From NCBI GenBank assembly GCA_035515435.1, contig DATJBI010000067.1:32788-96787 (forward strand): a stretch of 64,000 bases of DNA, given 5' to 3'. Under the pieces are notes generated by a model. The model saw only the letters and a program-made list of their open reading frames with translations, was not told the origin of the DNA and made no database searches. Positions within the stretch are counted from its first letter, which is position 1. Each line of letters starts with the position of its first letter. Positions 39,962 to 50,210 of the stretch are shown piece after piece. Origin of the DNA: Anaerolineales bacterium (lineage in GTDB: Bacteria > Chloroflexota > Anaerolineae > Anaerolineales > Villigracilaceae). Made by a program: the position numbers and the translations under genes.

Positions 39962-41089
39962 ATGCCTTCGGCAGAAATCATCACCATCGGAACCGAGATC
40001 CTGCTCGGTGAAATTGTGGATACCAACACCCGCCACATCGCGCTGACCTTGCGTGAGCTGGGGGTGGACCTGTATCGTACCATCACCATCGGCGATAACG
40101 TGGAACGCATTGCCTCGGCCATTCGCGACTCGATGGCGCACGCCGAGATCATCATCACCACCGGCGGGCTTGGCCCGACCGTGGATGACCCCACGCGGGA
40201 AGCGGTCGCCAGGGCCGCCGGCGTTGAAACCGAATTTCGAGAAGAGCTCTGGGAACAGGTGACGGCGACGATTGCAAAATATGGCCGCCCTCCGGCGGAA
40301 AATCAGAAGCGCCAGGCGGTGGTGCCAAAAGGGGCCCGCGGGGTGCGCAACCCGGTCGGCACGGCGCCAGCGTTCATCATGGAGAGCGAACACAATGTGA
40401 TCATCTCGCTGCCCGGCGTGCCCCACGAGATGGAACATATCCTGCACGAGTCCATTGTTCCCTATCTCCAAAAGAGATTCAACCTGCATGAAGTCATCAA
40501 AGTGCGCGTGCTGCACACCTCGGGGCTTGGCGAGGGAACCGTGGACGAGAAGATCGGCGACCTCGAAACTCTGGCCAATCCGACCGTGGGCCTGGCCGCC
40601 CACACCGGCGTAGTGGATGTTCGCATTACCGCCAAAGCCGAGAGTGAATCGGATGCCGACCAAATGATTGCGAGCATTGAGAAACAAATCCGCGAGCGGA
40701 TCGGCCGGGCGGTCTTTGGCGCGGATGAGGACAAACTCGAAGAAGTGGTTTGGGATCTGGTTGCCAGGCGCGGCTGGACGTTGACCGCGATTGAATCAGG
40801 ATTGGACGGCCTGCTGGCCCGCAAGCTTCCGCACGTCACATCGATTCCCGGTCTGAGCGCGGCTGCCCTGATGGAGGCCTTACGGACCGCCCGCCGCGCC
40901 TCGCAGGCCGAGGTCGCGCTCGGCGTGACGGTTCACCCGGAGGACCATTCCGCGGATATGGCGCTCATTACGCCGCGCGGCGAAAAGACTCACCGCATTA
41001 CCTATGGCGGGCCGCCCCGCAGCCTGCCGCGCTGGGCGATGAACCTGGCGTTAAACTGGCTTCGAACGACAGCCCAAGAGTCGGATTGA
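39962..41089 (+). CDS. cinA: CinA-like competence/damage-inducible protein (MoCF-binding domain)
   Basis: MPSAEIITIGTEILLGEIVDTNTRHIA...IITTGGLGPTVDDPTREAVA. Confidence 0.85.
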   Translation: MPSAEIITIGTEILLGEIVDTNTRHIALTLRELGVDLYRTITIGDNVERIASAIRDSMAHAEIIITTGGLGPTVDDPTREAVARAAGVETEFREELWEQVTATIAKYGRPPAENQKRQAVVPKGARGVRNPVGTAPAFIMESEHNVIISLPGVPHEMEHILHESIVPYLQKRFNLHEVIKVRVLHTSGLGEGTVDEKIGDLETLANPTVGLAAHTGVVDVRITAKAESESDADQMIASIEKQIRERIGRAVFGADEDKLEEVVWDLVARRGWTLTAIESGLDGLLARKLPHVTSIPGLSAAALMEALRTARRASQAEVALGVTVHPEDHSADMALITPRGEKTHRITYGGPPRSLPRWAMNLALNWLRTTAQESD

Positions 41090-41090
41090 G

Positions 41091-42062
41091 ATGCACACGC
41101 GACGTCGGACAGAACACCGGTTATTAAACGTCCTGGTCTGGGCAGTAAATATCATCGGCGGAATCAGCCTGCTCGCGGTGCTGATTGTTTACTGGTCGGA
41201 ACCCTCGGCCAAGGCCTCACCCCGGGCAGCCGCGGCTACGCCGGCCGCGCCCGAGCCGACGTTGACGATGGTGCCGACCCGATACTATCTGCCGTCGGTT
41301 ACACCCAATCCCCTTTCAACACAGGTTCTCGAATCGACGGCCACTCCCTTCTACCTGCCCGACGGAACCAAGCCGGTGATCATCGGTTTTTCCGCCGAGG
41401 GCCGCCCGCTCGAAGTGTATACGTTCGGCCAGGGCGAAAAACAGGATATGATCATCGGCGGAATTCACGGCGGGTATGAATGGAATACCATTGCCCTGGC
41501 AGACCAGCTCATCACGTACGTTAACGGAAACCCGAACACGATCCCCAGCGATGTGACCCTGTATATCTTGCCTGACATGAATCCCGACGGCGATGCGCGC
41601 AGCCACGACGAATGGGGACGCGTCAACGCCAACGGGGTGGACTTGAATCGGAACTTCCCGATCGGCTGGGCGCCCACCTGGAATCGGAGCGGCTGTTATG
41701 ATCTCACGCTCACCACGAGCGGCCGGGGACCCGGTTCCGAACCGGAGACCAGACTGGTGATGAACTTCATTGCCTCGCATAGGATCCAGGCGCTGATTGA
41801 TTATCATTCCGCCGCGCTGGGAATCTTCCCCGGCGGCACGCCCGCGGATGCGGCCTCGCTCCAGCTGGCCCGCGCCCTGGCCGCGGTAACGACCTATCCA
41901 TTTCCGCCTGTCAACACGGGTTGCGTATACTCCGGCACGCTCCCCGACTACGCGGTCTCCCAGGGCGCGGCCGCGGTAGATATGGAACTGACGAATCATC
42001 AAGATACTGACTTCGCGATGAACCTGCGCGCGCTCAGGGTGTTGGTGAGTTTCACGAAATGA
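41091..42062 (+). CDS. M14 family zinc carboxypeptidase, membrane-anchored
   Basis: TM helix at the N-terminus; GGIHGGYEWNT, NANGVDLNRNF, GSEPETR motifs. Confidence 0.85.
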   Translation: MHTRRRTEHRLLNVLVWAVNIIGGISLLAVLIVYWSEPSAKASPRAAAATPAAPEPTLTMVPTRYYLPSVTPNPLSTQVLESTATPFYLPDGTKPVIIGFSAEGRPLEVYTFGQGEKQDMIIGGIHGGYEWNTIALADQLITYVNGNPNTIPSDVTLYILPDMNPDGDARSHDEWGRVNANGVDLNRNFPIGWAPTWNRSGCYDLTLTTSGRGPGSEPETRLVMNFIASHRIQALIDYHSAALGIFPGGTPADAASLQLARALAAVTTYPFPPVNTGCVYSGTLPDYAVSQGAAAVDMELTNHQDTDFAMNLRALRVLVSFTK

Positions 42063-42072
42063 TGGAGACGGC

Positions 42073-44052
42073 ATGACCAAGATCGCTGACATTTTGTTTA
42101 CGAATGCCCACGTCCTGACGATGGACGAAAAAATGAACCAATACAATCCCGGTGCGGTGGCTGTGACCGGCGGAAGCATCGCCGCGGTCGGGCCGGAATT
42201 TGAAATGGAGGAGGAGTATTCCGCTCAGGAGCGGATCGACTGCGGGCGAAGAATTCTGATGCCGGGCCTGATCAATGCGCATACCCATGTGCCCATGACC
42301 CTGCTGCGGGGCCTCGCCGACGACCTGCGGCTCGATGTGTGGCTGATGGGATACATGATGCCGGTCGAACGCCAGTACGTATCCCCGGAGTTCGTCCGGC
42401 TGGGAACATCCATCGCCTGCGCCGAGTTGATCAAGAGCGGCGTAACGACCTTTAACGATATGTACTACTTCGAAGAGGACGTTGCCAAAGCGACCGCCCA
42501 GGCGGGACTACGCGCAGTCTGCGGGCAATCGGTGCTGAAGTTCCCAACACCGGATGCGGCCTCCTATGAGGATGCCCTGGAAACGGCGCGCGATTACATC
42601 CGGCGCTGGAAGGATCATCCCCTGATTGTCCCGTCCATCGCACCCCACGCGCCCTATACGACCACGCCGGAAATCCTGCATGAGGCGGCAGAACTGGCCA
42701 AGGAGTTCGATGTACCGCTTCACATTCACATCGCCGAGACAGCCTTTGAAGTCGAGAACATGCGCAACGAGAACGGGATGCCGGTTGTGCCCTACATCAA
42801 GAAGCAGGGCCTGCTGGAAGCGAAGGTCATCGCGGCGCATTGTGTCCACATCGATACCGGCGAGATGCGCACGCTGCTTCACGCCGGGGCGGGTGTGTCG
42901 CACAACCCATCCTCAAATCTTAAACTGGCATCCGGCTTCGCCCCGGTGACCAAGATGCTCGAAAGCGGACTCAATGTGGGCATAGGCACGGACGGTCCGG
43001 CCTCGAACAACGATCTGGACATGTTCGAAGAAGTCCGCCTCGCGGCGTTCATCGCCAAGGCCGTCACGAACGATCCGACCTCCCTGCCCGCTTCCGCCGC
43101 GCTGACGATGGCGACCCGTCTCGGTGCGCAGGCGCTCCATATCGGGCACCTGACCGGCTCACTGACCGCGGGCCGCCGCGCCGACCTGATCCTGATCGAT
43201 CTCACGCCGCTCCACAACTCACCGTCCTTCCGGCGGGTGCACGACAACGCCTACGCGCAGATCGTGTATGCCAGCAAGTCCACCGACGTAAGCGACGTAA
43301 TGGTCAACGGCAAATGGCTGATGAGGGATCACAAACTCCTCACCGTAAACGAGGAAGAACTGCTCGCCCAGGCCGCCGACATTGCCAAGCAGATCGATTC
43401 GTTCCTCATCGAGCGCGAACAATCGGTGTTGTCGAAATTGATCGCCCTGGGCGGCTCGATGGAAGAGGAATCGTTTGAAGTGCAGATCAAGGTCAAAATA
43501 ACAAACCGCCAGCCCATCCTCGAGGCGCTCCAGCGGGATGAAATCGAGATCATCCGGCATCGTCATTACAGGGAACACGATGCCTACTTCGCATTCGATG
43601 ATCCGGCTCAGGGCCGCTTACGTTACCGCGAGGATGATTTTATCAACGAACAAGGCGGTGTCGCTATGACCCGCGCCCGCTTGACCCTGTTGGGTCAAAA
43701 ACGCGAGGGTGCGCTTGCGCCGAACGTATTGCTGTCCCGCAGCCGCTTCCTGGCGCCCGCCACGCAGAGCCTGCGTTTCTATCGCGAATACTTCAAGCCC
43801 AAAGAGGAGACTTCGATCACAAAGGACCGCGAACGATGGCTGATCAAGTTCGAGGATACGGAATTCTTTGTTAACGTGGATGACATGCTCGAGCCGGCGA
43901 TCGGCAATTTCGTCGAGATCAAATCACGAACCTGGAGCCGCCGGGATGCCGAACACAAAGCCGCCCTGGCGAATGAATTGCTGACCGCGCTTGGAATCTC
44001 AAGCGCCGAGACGATGACCAGCGACTACATCGAGGTCGTAAATTCAGAATGA
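42073..44052 (+). CDS. Amidohydrolase (MtaD/5-methylthioadenosine-SAH deaminase-like) fused to a C-terminal CYTH-like domain
   Basis: N-terminal about 430 aa: PGLINAHTHVPMTLLRG, HCVH, GTDGPASNNDLD. C-terminal about 200 aa: FEVQIKVKI...RHYREHDAYF...RLRYRED...FVEIKSR resembles the CYTH beta-barrel pattern (ExExK). Confidence 0.75.
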   Translation: MTKIADILFTNAHVLTMDEKMNQYNPGAVAVTGGSIAAVGPEFEMEEEYSAQERIDCGRRILMPGLINAHTHVPMTLLRGLADDLRLDVWLMGYMMPVERQYVSPEFVRLGTSIACAELIKSGVTTFNDMYYFEEDVAKATAQAGLRAVCGQSVLKFPTPDAASYEDALETARDYIRRWKDHPLIVPSIAPHAPYTTTPEILHEAAELAKEFDVPLHIHIAETAFEVENMRNENGMPVVPYIKKQGLLEAKVIAAHCVHIDTGEMRTLLHAGAGVSHNPSSNLKLASGFAPVTKMLESGLNVGIGTDGPASNNDLDMFEEVRLAAFIAKAVTNDPTSLPASAALTMATRLGAQALHIGHLTGSLTAGRRADLILIDLTPLHNSPSFRRVHDNAYAQIVYASKSTDVSDVMVNGKWLMRDHKLLTVNEEELLAQAADIAKQIDSFLIEREQSVLSKLIALGGSMEEESFEVQIKVKITNRQPILEALQRDEIEIIRHRHYREHDAYFAFDDPAQGRLRYREDDFINEQGGVAMTRARLTLLGQKREGALAPNVLLSRSRFLAPATQSLRFYREYFKPKEETSITKDRERWLIKFEDTEFFVNVDDMLEPAIGNFVEIKSRTWSRRDAEHKAALANELLTALGISSAETMTSDYIEVVNSE

Positions 44053-44067
44053 ATCCGCCCTGGCCGG

Positions 44068-45171
44068 CTACGGGCACAGATTTCGGAGTTGCTCCTGAAA
44101 GGTCTGTGCAAAATTGTGATAGCCGGAGTCGTCGCACTGCGCACTGAAATAGTAATAGGATGAATCCGCCGGGAAGGCGACCGCGCGCAGGGCAGCCAGA
44201 CCCGGATTGGAGATCGGCGTGGGCGGCAGGCCATCCGCCAGATAGGTGTTGTAGGTGGAATCGATCTTCAGCTCCTCCACGCTCAATGGATCCGTCCACC
44301 AGGTTGCCTGGGCCGGATTGTAGCCGATCGCATATTGCACGGTCGGATCGGCCTCGAGCTTCATGCCGATCCGGATGCGGTTCAGATAAACCGATGCAAT
44401 CATCGGAGCTTCCTCCGCATGGACCGCTTCGCGCTGGACGATCGAGGCCAGCGTCACCGCCTGATAAACGCTCAAACCGTGACGGCTGAATTCGTCCCGC
44501 AGATCGCCCGTCAGGTGCAGGTTGAAATTTCGGACGAGGACTTCAACCAATTCGGCCCCACTGGTGAGGCGCGGCAGGATGTAGCTGTCCGGGTAGAGGA
44601 AGCCCTCCGTGGAAACCGCCCCCGCCAGAAAATCAAAGGAAGGCCGCGGCTTCTTCGCCTCAGCCAGAAACGCCTGCGGCGTGATATTCAAGCCGGAGGT
44701 TGGAAGGGAGGCGGCAATTTCTTCCATGCGCCAGCCGGGCAAAACAACAAAGGTCACCTGGGCCGGAGTGGCATTCTGCAGCCTGGCTGCAACATCGACC
44801 ATGGACATCGCCGGGCTCAGATCATAGCTGCCCGCCTGAATGGAGGTATCCAGCCCCGTGTAAATCAGATAATCGCGAAACATGCCCGCATCGCGGATCA
44901 GGTGGTCCTGTTGAAGGCGATCGGCCGCCGACCCCGCCGATTCCCCCGGCTGAACCGTGAAGGACCGGATGGGCGCGTTCGGATCAAGCGGCTTGGTCAA
45001 CAAGCCGTCATCCCAGACAAGTTTTGCTGAATATTGAATGACTTGAAGGAACGACAGGCGTCCCGAAGGCGGCCCGTAGGTTTGCGCGACCGTGGCTGGA
45101 AAGACAAGAACCAGCAACAGGCCGCCCAGCAGAATTAAGAGGAGGCAGAGGTGCGGAAGGAAGCGGCGCAT
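44068..45171 (-). CDS. mltG: Endolytic murein transglycosylase MltG (YceG-like)
   Basis: N-terminal TM; ASIVQREA, YLNRIRIGMKLEADPTVQYA, YNTYLADGLPPTPISNPG. Confidence 0.92.
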   Translation of the reverse strand: MRRFLPHLCLLLILLGGLLLVLVFPATVAQTYGPPSGRLSFLQVIQYSAKLVWDDGLLTKPLDPNAPIRSFTVQPGESAGSAADRLQQDHLIRDAGMFRDYLIYTGLDTSIQAGSYDLSPAMSMVDVAARLQNATPAQVTFVVLPGWRMEEIAASLPTSGLNITPQAFLAEAKKPRPSFDFLAGAVSTEGFLYPDSYILPRLTSGAELVEVLVRNFNLHLTGDLRDEFSRHGLSVYQAVTLASIVQREAVHAEEAPMIASVYLNRIRIGMKLEADPTVQYAIGYNPAQATWWTDPLSVEELKIDSTYNTYLADGLPPTPISNPGLAALRAVAFPADSSYYYFSAQCDDSGYHNFAQTFQEQLRNLCP

Positions 45172-45180
45172 TGCGTTCCC

Positions 45181-45591
45181 TTATTTTTGCCGGTCGAGAT
45201 ACGACTGCAGGATGACCGTGGCCGCCAATTCATCGAGATGCCCCCTGCGCTTTCCGCGCGGGACCCCCAGCGCGATACGCGCCGCCCGGGCGGATTGGGT
45301 GCTGAACGCCTCGTCCCAGAGCACAATGGGGATGGGCGTTTGCGTTTTGATCGCCTCAGCAAAACGCGCCGCCCGCCGACCCGCCGGATTCGGCGCGCCC
45401 TGTTCGTCAAAGGATTGGCCGATGACAATCAGTTCAACCTGGTTGAGGGCGGCAATCTCCGCGACTTGCGCCGCATCCGTCAGGCGGGAATTGTGCTCGA
45501 TCACCTTCAGCGGATTCGCGATGGTGCCGGTCGAATCTGAAATGGCAAGGCCGATTCTTTTTTCGCCATGATCCACAGCAAGGATTCGCAT
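45181..45591 (-). CDS. ruvX: Holliday junction resolvase-like RuvX (YqgF)
   Basis: Track ORF to 45642. ATG 45591 gives MRILAVDHGEKRIGLAISD and abuts the upstream stop. Confidence 0.9.
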   Translation of the reverse strand: MRILAVDHGEKRIGLAISDSTGTIANPLKVIEHNSRLTDAAQVAEIAALNQVELIVIGQSFDEQGAPNPAGRRAARFAEAIKTQTPIPIVLWDEAFSTQSARAARIALGVPRGKRRGHLDELAATVILQSYLDRQK

Positions 45592-45593
45592 TT

Positions 45594-47111
45594 TTATTGG
45601 ACGGTGATCCGAAATGGAATCAAGGGCATCCACGGCCACCACGAAGGACTCATTTCAATGGTTGGCGGCGCAGCCAGCGGGAGTTTCGACTGCAAGATCT
45701 GTTTTGCGCCTGCGGGCGAAAGTCCGCGCACCAAAAAGACTACTTGCGCAGCGGGGATGCCTCGGACCAAAACGCGCCCGGCCTGCAGGTTGAAATGCGT
45801 CGCGCCGGACGGATCCGCGGTAAACGTATTCGTTGAGCTGAACTCGAGGGTATCCGGCTCGGAGACAAAACCCGCAGGCCGGGATGCATCCAGGATGCTC
45901 TGAGCCAGCCGCTCCAAATCGGCCGCGCGCACATATTGTGCACCATATTGAATGCTCATGGTCAGCTTCAGGGTATCACCCGGCTGTCCGGCAGGCGGAT
46001 CATAGATTTCCTGCGAGGGCGTGTTCGCGGTGAGTGTGTTCGGCAGCAGCAGATCATGGGCGCCGATCGAAGCATTGATCTCCTGCCTGGCCTGTTGATC
46101 CAGCGCCGACCTCACCATCTCCTGCAAATGCTGACGGTCCGCATCCACCGCCTCCGTGGCGGTTAGATCGGTCCCGCCGGCAGTCGGATCGGGGTTGCTG
46201 ACCGAGGCCGAAAGCGCAAGGCTCCCGTCGATGGCCTGGATCGCGCCCGCGGCCACATTGCCGGATGAACCGGCCTGTACCGCCACGATCGGCACCTCCA
46301 CAAATTTCTTCGAGCCGCCCGCCAGGTGGGTGATGTTCACGGTTTGAAACCTGACCGCTGGAGAATCGGTCGTGTAGATCACGGTCCCGGCCGGGATCGT
46401 CAAATCGGTTTGTGTCAGATTGGTGAAGCGTGCGATCCCCTCGGCCTTATCGTTCGGTACCACGCCCTGCGAGGTGATCGCCATCGTCTGGGTGGCCGTG
46501 ACCAGAACGCTCGTCTGATGGGCGGGCACACTGCCCGAGACGAAAACGGATTCCGTGCCCGGATTTGCGGAGACCGGGATCGTGATGGATTGCTGTTGGG
46601 AGATGGGAGTCAACTTGATCGCGGCCCGCGGCAGGAATAAAGCGGCCACGGCCAAGACAGCCAGCACGCCCACGGAGAAGAAACCGACGCGTACGATCCA
46701 GATGGATCTCCACGGCGCTTCTACGACCCTGCTCTGCTTCTTCATCTGCTGCAAGGCGCCCCCGGAGGACCGGCGATGCCTTTCCAGCCGGGGAGGTCTG
46801 GATGGCCAGGCTTCGCGCTGGGCCTCCGCAGTCGTCGCGAAGACCGGGATGCTGAATCCCAGCGCGTTGCGTCTCACATTTGGAATCCGGGTCACCAGCC
46901 CCAGTTCCGCGCCGAGGGTGCGTGCATGACTCTGCAGGACGCGCAGGTCGACCGATCGAAGGGTGATGCGTTCGAATTTGGGCCACACCAGCAAAATACG
47001 CGGCGATTTAGCCCACGACATGCGGTCGCGCACCGAGATCAAATCGTCATGCGATTCAAGCGTGATGATCTGCGTTCTCATCAAGTTGCAATTATACAGC
47101 ATGCTTGACAC
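45594..47111 (-). CDS. Conserved hypothetical single-pass membrane protein
   Basis: 505 aa, one TM (VGFFSVGVLAVLAVAALFL), large Thr/Ser/Ala-rich ectodomain. No family assigned with confidence. The start may be ATG 47081 (MRTQIITLE), downstream of a minus-strand TATAAT. Confidence 0.6.
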   Translation of the reverse strand: MSSMLYNCNLMRTQIITLESHDDLISVRDRMSWAKSPRILLVWPKFERITLRSVDLRVLQSHARTLGAELGLVTRIPNVRRNALGFSIPVFATTAEAQREAWPSRPPRLERHRRSSGGALQQMKKQSRVVEAPWRSIWIVRVGFFSVGVLAVLAVAALFLPRAAIKLTPISQQQSITIPVSANPGTESVFVSGSVPAHQTSVLVTATQTMAITSQGVVPNDKAEGIARFTNLTQTDLTIPAGTVIYTTDSPAVRFQTVNITHLAGGSKKFVEVPIVAVQAGSSGNVAAGAIQAIDGSLALSASVSNPDPTAGGTDLTATEAVDADRQHLQEMVRSALDQQARQEINASIGAHDLLLPNTLTANTPSQEIYDPPAGQPGDTLKLTMSIQYGAQYVRAADLERLAQSILDASRPAGFVSEPDTLEFSSTNTFTADPSGATHFNLQAGRVLVRGIPAAQVVFLVRGLSPAGAKQILQSKLPLAAPPTIEMSPSWWPWMPLIPFRITVQ

Positions 47112-47133
47112 GCGTTTGCTTTACCAGTATAAG
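47105..47133 (+). promoter_or_regulatory. Consensus-like promoter giving a leaderless mRNA for the SLT gene
   Basis: TTGACA, 17 nt spacer, TATAAG, then 7 nt to ATG 47141. Confidence 0.6.
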
Positions 47134-47140
47134 CAACGCC

Positions 47141-49591
47141 ATGAAGCGAATTGCCCGAATCGTTTTCGGGACTGCATTTACGATCAGCTTGCTGGGCTGT
47201 GCGGTGTCTTCAAGCCTCCCGTCCGTTCTGCCGAGCCGGGCCAGCCCCACCCCCAGCGAGACCTCCACGCCGGCCGCCTCGCCAACTCCGGCTCCAACCT
47301 ATACACCCATCCCCAGCCTCCGGATCGAAAACGCCGATCACGCGTTGTTTGATGGAGATCTTGCAGCGGCCACGGCCGATTATCGCGCGGCCTATGCCGA
47401 CTCAAGCGATCCGGCCCTGAAGGCCGCCGCGCTGTGGGGTTTGGCGCGCACCCAATATACCGATGGCCGCAACGCGGAGGTTTTGGCCACGCTCCAGCAA
47501 CTGAATTCCACTTATCCTGACTCGCCGTTTGCGAAGGGTCCCTCCTATTTTTTGCAGGGCCAGACCTATTCCCAGATGAAAGACTATACCGACGCCGCCC
47601 AGGCCTATCAGATGTATCTGAGCCTGCGCCCGGGCGTGCTCGATTCCTATGTTCAGGAACTGCGGGGCGATGCGCTCAATGCAGCCGCCCAGTACTCCGA
47701 GGCGCTCGTCGCCTACCAAGCCGCGCAGGCCGCCCCCCATCTCGACGATGCCTTTGCCCTGCAGATCAAGATTGCACAAATGCGTGCGCAGATCGGAGAT
47801 TTTGCTGCCGCGATTTCGATCGATGGCACGGTCTTGTCAAGCACGGACGACGATTACACCAAATCTGAAATGGATTATTTCCTGGGCGAGGCGAATCTCC
47901 GCTTGAACAAGACCGATGCGGCCTACGGCTTTTTCCGCGACGCGATCGCCAATTATCGATTTTCGTCCTGGTCCTGGCTCTGCCTGAATGAATTGGTCAA
48001 TGCCCAGGTCCCGGTGAACGATCTCGACCGCGGCCTGACAGACTACTTCGCCGGTTATTATCAATACACCCCCAGCCCCACGGAGACCCTGAGCGCGGCC
48101 CTGAATGCCTTGGACCGCTATATCGCCGCCAATCCCGGCAACGATGGGACCGCGCACTATTACCGGGCGCTGACATTGCGTGAAATGCAGAACTACACGG
48201 AGGCCGTCAAGGAATTTACCTACTTCATCCAGCATTATTCCACCAATCCCCATTGGGCGGACGGCTGGACTCAAGAGGCGGATACCCAATGGAACAACCT
48301 GGACGATTCCCAGGGGGCCGCCGATACGCTGCTCGGTTTTGTACAGGCCGCGTCCGCTTCCGACCAGGCACCGGATGCGCTCATGAGCGCGGCGAGTATC
48401 CTCGAACAGGATAACAAACTTGAAGCGGCCGCCCAGGTCTGGGAACGCGTCGCCAATGAATATTCGGGCAGCGCTCAGGCACCGACCGCGGTGTTCGAAG
48501 CCGGCATCCTGCGGTACCGGGAATCCAAATACAGCGATGCGCTGCAGGATTTCCAGCGCAGCCTTGCCATCGCCACCCAGGCCGAGGATCAGGCCCGCGC
48601 GAATTTATGGATCGGCAAAACGGATCAACAACTGGGCATGGCCGCTGAGGCGCAGGCGGCCTGGCAGCAGGCACAGGGCATCGACCCCGGGGGGTATTAC
48701 AGCCTGCGGGCCCGCGATATTTTGTTGGGACTGGAGCCATTTGCGCCATCATCGCAGACCCAACTCGATTTTGATCTGACGCAGGAGCGCAGAGATGCCG
48801 ACTCGTGGATGCGCCTGACCTTCGACCTCCCGGCCGGGACCGACCTGACGGGCCCTGGCCCGCTGGCCCTCGACCCGCGCTTTGTGCGCGGCACCGAATT
48901 GTGGGAGTTGGGGCAATTGAGTGAGGCGCGCCTGGAATTCGAGGATCTGCGCAACTCGGTCAGCGCGGACCCGGTGCTGACGTATCGCCTGGCGAACTAT
49001 CTGCTTGGCATCGGCCTGTACCGCTCGGGCATCTTCGCGGCGCGCCAGGTATTGACCCTGGCGGGTAAGAACGACAATCAGTCGTCCTTGCTGGCTCCGG
49101 CCTATTTCAATCATGTTCGTTATGGGTTGTATTACAGTGATTTGATCGTGCCTGCCGCGCAGACCAACGGCCTCGATCCATTGTTCTTGTCAAGCGTGGT
49201 GCGGCAGGAGAGTCTCTTCGAAAGCTTCGCCGGCTCAACTGCGGGAGCCGTCGGCTTGATGCAGATCGTTCCCAGCACGGGTGCCAGCATTGCCGCTGCG
49301 CTTGGCAGGCAGGCGAACTACGGCTCGGATCAGCTCTACCTGCCTGAAGTCAGTATTCTGTTTGGCGCGCATTATCTTGCAGCCAACCGGCATTTGTTCA
49401 AAGGCGATTTATATGAAGCCCTGGCCGCTTACGACGCCGGGCCGGGAAACGCCTATCAATGGTCACAGCTTGCAGGCAGCGACCCGGACTTGTTTCTCGA
49501 AACCATTCGCTACAGCGAACCGCGCCAATACATTCAAAGCATTTATGAGATCTATGCGATCTACCGCATGTTGTACAGTCCCACCCCTTAA
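47141..49591 (+). CDS. TPR-repeat lipoprotein with C-terminal soluble lytic transglycosylase (SLT) domain
   Basis: MKRIARIVFGTAFTISLLGCA lipobox, TPR-like repeats, SLT motifs ESLFES...GLMQI...AYDAGPGN. Confidence 0.88.
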   Translation: MKRIARIVFGTAFTISLLGCAVSSSLPSVLPSRASPTPSETSTPAASPTPAPTYTPIPSLRIENADHALFDGDLAAATADYRAAYADSSDPALKAAALWGLARTQYTDGRNAEVLATLQQLNSTYPDSPFAKGPSYFLQGQTYSQMKDYTDAAQAYQMYLSLRPGVLDSYVQELRGDALNAAAQYSEALVAYQAAQAAPHLDDAFALQIKIAQMRAQIGDFAAAISIDGTVLSSTDDDYTKSEMDYFLGEANLRLNKTDAAYGFFRDAIANYRFSSWSWLCLNELVNAQVPVNDLDRGLTDYFAGYYQYTPSPTETLSAALNALDRYIAANPGNDGTAHYYRALTLREMQNYTEAVKEFTYFIQHYSTNPHWADGWTQEADTQWNNLDDSQGAADTLLGFVQAASASDQAPDALMSAASILEQDNKLEAAAQVWERVANEYSGSAQAPTAVFEAGILRYRESKYSDALQDFQRSLAIATQAEDQARANLWIGKTDQQLGMAAEAQAAWQQAQGIDPGGYYSLRARDILLGLEPFAPSSQTQLDFDLTQERRDADSWMRLTFDLPAGTDLTGPGPLALDPRFVRGTELWELGQLSEARLEFEDLRNSVSADPVLTYRLANYLLGIGLYRSGIFAARQVLTLAGKNDNQSSLLAPAYFNHVRYGLYYSDLIVPAAQTNGLDPLFLSSVVRQESLFESFAGSTAGAVGLMQIVPSTGASIAAALGRQANYGSDQLYLPEVSILFGAHYLAANRHLFKGDLYEALAAYDAGPGNAYQWSQLAGSDPDLFLETIRYSEPRQYIQSIYEIYAIYRMLYSPTP

Positions 49592-49630
49592 ACGCAGCCG
49601 GGGCGGACGGGGCCCGCGCAATCTATGGTC

Positions 49631-49942
49631 TCAATCCATGTGGGCCAACAGGCGCTGCTGAACCGTTTCCAGATCGATATCGAGGATCGATACCAATTTA
49701 TCCCGTCCGGTTGCGCCTGCGACGATCTCGATGCGGGACTTGGCCACGCTCAGTACGTCCGAAAGAAAGGCAATCAACTGCTCATTGGCCTCATTGTCCA
49801 CGGGCGGGGCGGCTAAATGGATCTTCACGGTTCCATCGTCGAGCACCTCGGTAATCTTGTTCCCGCTGGCGCGCGGCGTGACGCGTACGGCAATGGCCGA
49901 ACCTCGTTTCCCGTCGTGTAAATGAAAATCTCTTCTGGGCAT
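49631..49942 (-). CDS. DUF167 (YggU) family protein
   Basis: 103 aa; VRVTPRASGNKI...PPVDNEANEQLIAFLS. Confidence 0.85.
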   Translation of the reverse strand: MPRRDFHLHDGKRGSAIAVRVTPRASGNKITEVLDDGTVKIHLAAPPVDNEANEQLIAFLSDVLSVAKSRIEIVAGATGRDKLVSILDIDLETVQQRLLAHMD

Positions 49943-49952
49943 ACGGACCTCA

Positions 49953-50210
49953 TTATAAACGCAAGAAGATACTGGTCAACACTTGATCGATCAGGCCGAT
50001 CAGGACGATCAAGATCAGCGGGCTGAAGTCAAAACCGCCTACGCTGGGTACCACGCGCCGGATGGGTGCCAGCAATGGATCCACGATGCGGTCGATGGCC
50101 TCGCGCAGCGGATGATACGGCGACATGAAATAGGACAGGATGGCTGAGACGATCACCAGCAGGATCAGTATTTGCGCCACCACATGAACAAATTCAGCAA
50201 CAAGAAACAT
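49953..50210 (-). CDS. yggT: YggT family membrane protein
   Basis: 85 aa, two TM helices, PIRRVVP...GGFDFSPL motif. Confidence 0.85.
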   Translation of the reverse strand: MFLVAEFVHVVAQILILLVIVSAILSYFMSPYHPLREAIDRIVDPLLAPIRRVVPSVGGFDFSPLILIVLIGLIDQVLTSIFLRL

